Of a stretch of 64,000 bases of DNA, positions 56,626-64,000 are shown piece after piece (position 1 is the first letter of the stretch; every line of letters begins with the position of its first letter). The DNA is taken from NCBI RefSeq assembly GCF_021028975.2, contig NC_059425.1:24242001-24306000 (forward strand), given 5' to 3'. This stretch comes from Sphaerodactylus townsendi (Eukaryota). Below the pieces are notes generated by a model. The model was not told the DNA's origin, made no database searches, and saw only the letters and a list, made by a program, of their open reading frames with translations. The translations under genes were made by a program, and so were the position numbers.

Positions 56626-58660
56626 TTTATTTATTTATTTATTTATTTTATTAGTTCCACTTTTATACCGCCCTCCCCCAAAGGGCTCAGGGTGGTTTAC
56701 ATCACAATAAAAAGCGGATAACAGAGTAAAATACTAAAAATTCATATCAGTTAAAAGCAGCGCTCCTAATTCATAATCAGTTAAAACAGATGGCGTTCAG
56801 CCATTAACTCCTCAACTCCCCCAAGAGGGGAACAGCGGATCTTAGTTGTTAATGGGCACCTATCAGCAGCCGGCCTCCCCAAAAGCCCGGTGGAATAACT
56901 CAGTCTTACAGGCCCTGCGGAACTCACGTAGGTCCCGCAGGGCCCGGACAGTTGGAGGAAGAGTATTCCACCAGGCAGGGGCCAGGGCCGTAAAAGCCCT
57001 GGCCCTGGTGGAGGCCAGCCGCATCATAGAGGGGGCGGGGATCTCCAGTAAATTGGCCTCTGCGAGCGCAGAGACCGACGTGGGACATATGGGGCCAGAC
57101 GGTCCCTGAGGTACGAGGGTCCCAAACCGCGTAAGGCCTTAAAGGTTAACACCAATACCTTGAAGACGATTCGGAATTCAACTGGAAGCCAGTGCAGACA
57201 GTGCAACACGGGCGTGATGTGATCTCTAGAGGCACCGCCCGTGAGCAGACGAGCCGCCGCATGCTGGACCAGTTTCAATTTCCGGATCAGCCTCAAGGGT
57301 AGGCCCGCGTAGAGCGACTTGCAATAGTCTAATCTGGAGGTGACCGTTGCATGAATCACTGTGGCCAGATCCGCCTGGGAGAGGAAGGGGGCCAGCCACG
57401 CGAGGTCTGGCGAAGATGGAAAAGCATGACCTACCTGGGTTACATGGGCCACCTGGAGTGCTCCATAGAAAAGAGCCGAATCCCAGGTGGACCCCGGAAG
57501 GCTGCGGGTGAACGAGGGGCGGTGCCAATCGAGACCCCCTCCTCACACTGGCCCGGCTGGAAACCCTCCGCCCGGCGACCTAGCCAAAAGAGTTTCCGTC
57601 TTTGCTGGGTTCAGTTTTAACCTGCTCTGCGTCAAGCCAACCAGCAACCACCTCCAGACAATGCTGTAGGAAGGCTGCAGAGGCGTCTGCTCCCCCTCCA
57701 TCGACAGAATGAGCTGGGTATCATCAGCATACTGATGGCACTCCAGCCCAAAGCTCATTACCAGCTGAGCAAGGGGTGGCATATAGATGTTAAATAACAG
57801 GCGGGGACAATGGCCAGCTCCCTGGGGCACACCGCCCGGTAAAGCGAGGCACCTCCGGGAAGCTTGGTCCCCGCGCACCCTGCACTTGCTGACTCCGGTC
57901 CCGGAGAAAGCAGAGGCCAATCCATTGAAGGACCAAGTACCCCGTACCCGAGGAAACGGCCAGGCCCGGATTGGGTCAAAAAAAAGATCATGGTGCCGAC
58001 CACATCAAGCGCTCGCGAGGGTGAGATCTAACAACACCAGCTTAGCGCCCGATCACGCGCCCTCCAGTCAAGCTGCATACGGAGGCGTATCTGTGGCGGC
58101 CGGCGAGAACAGTCTCCGTCCCATGCCCAGCAGGAAGCCGGACTGGAAGGGATCAAAGGGCGATGTGTCCTCCAGAAAACCCTGAAGCTGCTCCAACACC
58201 ACTCTCTCAATTACAGCTTCCCCAGAAAGGCGAAGATTCGAAACTTGAGCGGTAAGCGTGGTGGCGGATCACTAGGATCTAAAGGCGGTCTTTTTTTTTA
58301 AGAGTGGGCGGACCACTGCCTCAACTTCAACCCACCCGGACAAACTCCTTGCTCAAAGGGAGCAATTGATTATAGTCCAACAGGTGGGGTGGTAACTCCT
58401 CCCGACATGCTTTTAATAAGCCAGGAGGGGCACGGATCCAGAAGGACAGGTAGTAGGTCTTAACAGCAGCTAGGGCTCTGTCAACATGTCGTCTTCGGAG
58501 AGCAAGGGGAAAAACTGGGCCAGACAAAGGGCCCATAAAGGCGGGCAAGGGAGCCTCCGGCAGTTCACTAATTGTCTCCAAAGGTGGTAGAGGAGAGTCA
58601 CTGGCGGGCGGCCAGCGATTTTATCTGCAAAATAGCTCATAAATGCCTCACAGCTAATAG
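56626..58660 (-). mobile_element. L2-type LINE, 5'-truncated (RT region to 3' end)
   Basis: Motifs GVPQG, YADDTQL, SRLKLNPAKTE, HATVTSRLDYCKSLYAGLP and LHWLPVEFRIVFKVLVL; (ATTT)n tail; frameshifted. Confidence 0.88.
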
Positions 58661-59014
58661 CCAATTGATCATTTTTTGAACCCTCTGATAAGGAGGGTTC
58701 AAAAAATAAGGATAAGTGCATTTATGCTATACCTTAGTGTTTTACACTGCTCTTTCAGAAATTCAGTTAAAATGACAAAAAAGTTATAAACCTTTAAAGA
58801 GGCCAAATGAATTAAATAGACTGCCAGACAGTTAAGATCTGCTACAGAGGAACAGTTTTATGTGTTCTTCAGAAACCGGGCCTTTTTGGTAGCAGCACCT
58901 TAGTTTTGGAATTCCATCCCTGTGGTGATTTAATTAGCATCAAGCTTTTAAAGCTTTCAGCGGAAGGTTAAAAATGCTGATAATGTAGTATCATCTGACC
59001 GAGAAAGCTCCAGG

Positions 59015-59212
59015 CTAGCCTGATCTCATCAAATCTCACAAGCTAAGCAGGGTTGGTCCTGGTTTGTATTTGGATGAGTGACCTCCGAAGAATAGCAGAG
59101 TTGTGATGCAGAGGCAGGCAATTGGAAAACCTCCTCTGTCAGTCTTTCACTTTGAAAACCCTACAGGGTCACCTTATGTCAGCTGTGACTTGACAGTTCT
59201 ATATACGCACAC
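59015..59212 (+). mobile_element. 5S rRNA-headed Sauria-type SINE
   Basis: GCCTGATCTCATCAAATCTCACAAGCTAAGCAGGGTTGGTCCTGG..TTGGATG is 5S-like and is followed by a Sauria-like body. Confidence 0.7.
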
Positions 59213-59229
59213 ATCTGTATATCTCCCAT

Positions 59230-59420
59230 CAGTTTTTTCACCGTCTTCATGTAATCTTAATCAGGCTTTCCTTGTAATGTGTTCCTCATAGATTGAACAG
59301 ACAGGGAGATAACATACACCACTGTCTGACACTTTTGCCAATTGGGAACCATTCTGTTTCTCCATATTCTGTTTTGACAGTAGCCTCTTTCCAGAATGTA
59401 GGTTGTGCATCAAACAACCA
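59230..59420 (-). mobile_element. RTE/BovB LINE fragment
   Basis: Encodes EATVKTEYGETEWFPIGKSVRQWCMLSPCLFNL. Confidence 0.75.
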
Positions 59421-59424
59421 GACG

Positions 59425-59930
59425 TTTGTTTGTTTGTTTATTATATTTATATACTGCCCTCCCCAAAGGCTCAGGGCGGTGTCCATCAATAATAAAACAA
59501 TTTAAAACATCATAATATATAATTTACATAAAATAATACATAAAACCAAGACTACAGATGGCTTCAATCCCTCCCTCCCCCCTTTATATACCCACGGGAG
59601 GCCAGATGTTCTTATGGCGGAGTTGACATCATCCCGGCTGGCCAAACGCATCCAGAAGCGTGAAACAGATCCGTTTTACAGGCCCTGCTGTGAAGCTTTG
59701 CTTAAAAGATCCTGCAGGGCCCTGATCTCACCCCTGGAAGTCTGTTTCCACCAGGTAGGGGCCAGAGCCGTGAAAGGCTCCTGGCCCTTGTAGAGGCCAA
59801 CCCGGATCGCCTTGGGGCCAGGGGATCACTCTTTCAGTAGGTCCACCTCCCGATGAGCGAGGGAGGGGGCCACAAAAGAGGCGATATATAGGGAGAGACG
59901 GTCCCTCAGATAAGCAGGGCCAAGGCCGTG
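59425..59930 (-). mobile_element. L2-type LINE 3' fragment
   Basis: (TTTG/ATTT) tail plus similarity to 56640-57130. Confidence 0.65.
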
Positions 59931-60746
59931 AATGTTGTGGTACACCTACTCCTTTTAAAACCAACCATAGACTTTCACTAAAATATCTTATACACCTTTG
60001 GTCCATCAAAATCAGTACTATCTACTCAGTCTGGCATCAACTCTCCGGGGTCATAGGTAGAGGTCTTGCACATACCATACTACATGGTCTTTTTTTGGTG
60101 GAGATTCTGGGAATTGAACCTGGGACCTTCTGCATGCCAAGCAGAGAGGCTCTATCCCTGAGCCACAGCTCCTTCCATTGAACACTCTTGCTTGGGGTGG
60201 CGGACAATGTTAAATAATGTTTATTTCCAAGATGGAATTTCAAACTGACACATAAGAACTGAAGAGGTACAAATTGCCTTTGGTGGTGTGTGCTACACTA
60301 GCAGAAACTTGGTTCCAGCATATCAGGGAATGTTCCTGCGCAAGCCCCATGAAGTTTAATAGAAGCCTCACAAACAGATCTTGCACTAGAGAATGCCACC
60401 TATTGAGGCAACGCTTTGGGGGCTTTCCTGGTTTCCTTTTCCAAGCACCAGGCCCGCTTTGGAAGTCTGACAGGCTCCCGCCATGGCCTGTCCCTTCAAT
60501 CATTTTTTTCATCTCCAAACTGGCTACCTCCCAGTGTATTTTATGTTCTCTCTCGCCCGCTCTTGCGTGATAAGGTAATTTGCTGTGCAAGTTGCGCCAC
60601 TGCCGAGACTGGCGAAAGATCAGTGGTTGGGCAATGCCATAAACAAAGCACCCACTGTCCCTTTTGTGGTGGGAACAAACTGTCCTTTTTGGAGCTGGTG
60701 CCTTCAATCCTTGAGAAGTACCACGATCCATTGAGCAAGGGGAGAG

Positions 60747-61380
60747 ATTTATTTATTTATTTTATTAGGCTTTTCTACCACCCCATCCCCGGAGGGCTCT
60801 GGGCGGTGTACAGCATATAAAAATAGCAGTATAAAACAATCAGACATTTAAAGCAGCGGTAAAAGCTAAAAGTTTAAATTATGCAATACATCACGATAAA
60901 TGGCATAGTTGGCGTCCAATATTCCAGATTAAAATTCCCCCTCCCCCAAAAAAGGGAGGAATGGTGAGTCTCGATAGATGGTAAGTGGCCTAGATGACTG
61001 GCCACAAAAAGAGGGGGGGGGGCACCATTAGCGGTCGGTTCCTCCAAAGGCCCGGCGGAACAGCTCCGTCTTGCTGGTGACCCGCGGAATCCTGGGTTAA
61101 GACCCGCAAGAGGGCCCGGATACAGCTGGAGGAAAGAAGCTGCTCCACTGTGGGGGCCGGGAGACCCAGGGCAGTAAAGGCCCTGGCCCGCGTGGAGGCT
61201 AAACGCGCAGACGCCCTGAGGGGCCGGGACTACCAGTAGATTGGCCTCCATCGAATCGGAGAGGCCGTAGGGACATATGGGGTGATGCGGTCTCGAAGGT
61301 ATGATGGTCCCAGGCCGCGTAAGGCCTTAAAGGTCAACACCAACACCTTGAAGGTGATCCGGAACTCTACTGGGAGCCCT
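60747..61380 (-). mobile_element. L2-type LINE 3' fragment
   Basis: Encodes LPVEFRITFKVLVLTFKALRGLGPSYLRDRITPY; (ATTT)n tail. Confidence 0.75.
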
Positions 61381-61851
61381 GGCTGAGGGAATGTTAAGAA
61401 TTCCTGTCTTAAGCAAGCTAGCCTGCTTAGCCAAAAGGAGTGGCCCCTTCTGGTATTCAAGCAACACAAGTATCTACTATCCATATCCTTTACTCCAGCT
61501 CCAGGCTTCACACAGGCCTATCAGCTGATATTTCCTGCAGCAAACTTGCAAAAGTACAGAGAGCATGTATGCATCTTTAAATGTTGTGTACCCACATCGA
61601 TGGGTCCCAATGTTTTGCAGACATTTTTAAAAAGAACTGTTTTGGCCTTCTTCTCCCGCACAGTGCAGGAAAATTAAGCGTTTCAGACCAAAACAGTTCT
61701 TTTTTCCCACCTGCCACCTGATGAAGTTTGTCAGTTTCATTTTGTTGCACCCACCATTCTCATACTGAGTCGTCATATGGAGCTTCAAAGATGTCTCACT
61801 GAAAACCAAAAAAAGGAAAAACTTGTGGGCAGGATTACCAGTCTAAACTAA

Positions 61852-62010
61852 TGTATTGTCGAAGGCTTTCAAGGCCGGATTCAACTGGTTCTGGTGGGTT
61901 TTCCGGGCTGTGTGGCCATGGTCTGATAGATCTTGTTCCTAATGTTTCGCCTGCATCTGTGCCTGGCATCTTCAGAGGTGTATCACAGAGAAGTCTGTTA
62001 CACACGGTGT
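61852..62010 (-). mobile_element. Penelope-like pLTR fragment with a near-intact hammerhead (61938-61978)
   Basis: Same family as 22177. The core boxes are intact but ACGT is changed to ACAT in helix III. Confidence 0.7.
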
Positions 62011-63274
62011 CCACTGTGCCCTGTCTGCAACTGAACCTGGTTAGATAGTTAATCTGAAGTACAGCTAAGGATCTGTTGACCTCAGGATTATTGCTCATGA
62101 GTTGGCAAGATGGGGGTGGGGTGGGGAGAATGCCACTGGTAACGTGCTAAAAAGGCCGCAGGGGAATTTCCCTAGTATTTCCCCATTACACAAGTTGCCA
62201 AACAACTTTTTGAGTCAATACTGGGCTGTTGACGTATATCCTGGGGTATCCTGCAACAAGCAACATGCTCCAAGGGGGTTTATATGGGGCGATGGCAATC
62301 AGAGTCTGAGAAGAAAAGCGAGAGATACTTACCCGCTTTGTACAGGTACCACAATGCAGAAGTTTCATCCGCGAAGCAAACGTTGGAGAGCTCAGAGAGG
62401 TGAGTAATAAAAGAGCAATGGAGTTGGGGCACTAGCATGGAGGTGGGGAAGGATTTACCCTGTTTTGTGGCAGAGATGGCCCATAATTTGGTTGAAGACC
62501 AGAATACCAATCTGTTTCCAGCTCCTGTTGCTATGCCTTTATCAGAGGCATGATCTACAAGCTTTAAGGAGGTGTTTGTGCTTATCTTGAAAAATTTGTC
62601 TTACTGATTTCTGCAAATCAAATTGCTATTTAAGGCAATGCACCAGGCCAGGCTGGGTTCCTGCTCCCTGGTCAGTTGGCAACTGTGGTTTAGATTACAC
62701 TCAGCGCATAAAAGGTTCTATGTTTGATTTCCAGCATCCAAACACAAAATAATTCCTGACATCACAGCTGGGAAACATCTTTCTTTGAAAGTCTCACCTG
62801 CAGAATGTCTGAATACCATGCAACTGCTAAAGGCACAGGAGTCCTGCCAGGAAAAGAACTGGCAACACTTTGAGATTGGCAGGAAAGGAGAGAGAAAAAT
62901 TGCTTTCAAGACCAACTGTGACAGACAGCTGTTTTACTGTGCGGGAGCCCTTGTATAGATCTCAAGCGTTCAGAATATAAGCATTATCCCTGATCTGAAC
63001 CTAAATTCTGGGGCTGCCTGTTGGAGTGGCACTTGTCTGAACATAATGGCTGGAGGGAGGTTTGATCCTTTGCTCTCTATGGTATCCTGGCATTATCTGG
63101 ATTATAAGAGCGGGGTCACCAAGGCACAATAATGCCACAATTCTGTGTGAAGCAAAACAAGGCAAGAGACTGGCTCCTGTTCACAGAGAGATGGTGGAAG
63201 GCTATCAGGTCTTGCAGTGTATTAGTCCTGCCAGCTTGCTGTTTTAAAAAGTGTTGGCATTCAAAAGTGTTGAC

Positions 63275-63385
63275 TTCTCTCTGTGATACACCTCTAAAGA
63301 TGCCAGCCACAGATGCAGGTGAAATGTTAGGAACAAGATCTACCAGACCACGGCCACACAGCCCGGAAAACTCACCACAACCTGT
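63275..63385 (+). mobile_element. Penelope-like pLTR fragment, degenerate hammerhead (63291-63331)
   Basis: CTAAAGA replaces CTGAAGA; GAAATGTT. Confidence 0.65.
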
Positions 63386-63761
63386 TGGCATTCAGTCTCT
63401 CTCCAACAACAGTGTTGCTTATTTATTTATTATTTATTATTTAAAAGTATATGTCGCCTCTCTAGAGACCAGGTGTTCTTCCAGTTGCCTTCAGCTCTAA
63501 CTAGCTGACAGTTGAGTTACAAGATTTTCTCCTGACGTACCTTTGTAGACACACACAAAAAGTTAATGGTGGGCAATGACCCTTCTCTTCAGGATACTCA
63601 AAGCAACAAAAAACAACATGACAGAACAGAGGCAGGCCAATGTTACAGCCAAGGTCGGTCACAGCCAAAGCAGCCAAGCTAGTTAGAGGCCAATAAACCA
63701 TCTGCTTGGAGCTGAGCAAGTGAGCTTCCTGCCCTCCAGCATTTCACAAATAGATCTAGGA

Positions 63762-64000
63762 CAGTGGTGGCGAACCTTTTTGAGACCAAGTGCCCAAATT
63801 GCAACCCAAACCCCACTTATTTACCGCAAAGTGCCAACACGGCAATTTAACGCTTGAATGCTGAGGTTTTAGTTTAGAAAAACCGGTTGGCTCCTCTTCC
63901 TCAGCCCCCACCTCGGCTCGAGCAGGGCCAGCCTGCTCCCCAGCCTCCCAGCAAGTCCTCCACTCTGTGCCTCTTTAGCATCTCTGCCTCCTCTGCGCCC
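63762..64000 (+). mobile_element. hAT element left end (runs off the window)
   Basis: Terminus CAGTGGTGGCGAACCT. Confidence 0.6.

Noticed and set aside
59015-59105. 5S rRNA gene
   Set aside because: Diverged, 5'-truncated and fused to a SINE body, so it is a SINE head.
60240-60820. 163-aa and 134-aa ORFs downstream of VPS51
   Set aside because: No recognisable homology or splice signals; flanked by repeats.

Overview
Vertebrate genomic DNA, most likely a gecko-type squamate (inferred from Squam3-like and 5S/Sauria-type SINEs, BovB, CR1, L2, Rex1, Penelope and SPIN elements). The window is syntenic with human 11q13.1. I reconstructed five spliced genes by hand, all with GT-AG introns and consistent phases: an unnamed ~906-aa TJAP1/BEGAIN-family coiled-coil gene (-), CDCA5/sororin (-), ZFPL1 (+), TMEM262/CATSPERH (-) and VPS51 (+). 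CDCA5/ZFPL1 and TMEM262/VPS51 are head-to-head pairs. The most notable observations are: (1) the TJAP1/BEGAIN-like gene, which looks like a third ohnolog with no counterpart I know of at the human locus; (2) Penelope-type repeats carrying minimal hammerhead ribozymes, with one intact core in sense orientation inside a CDCA5 intron and an inverted arm that starts at the predicted cleavage site; (3) a SPIN (horizontally transferred hAT) MITE, a young solo LTR, an 88-bp perfect palindrome and a foldback element. All family assignments come from recalled sequence features, not from database searches.
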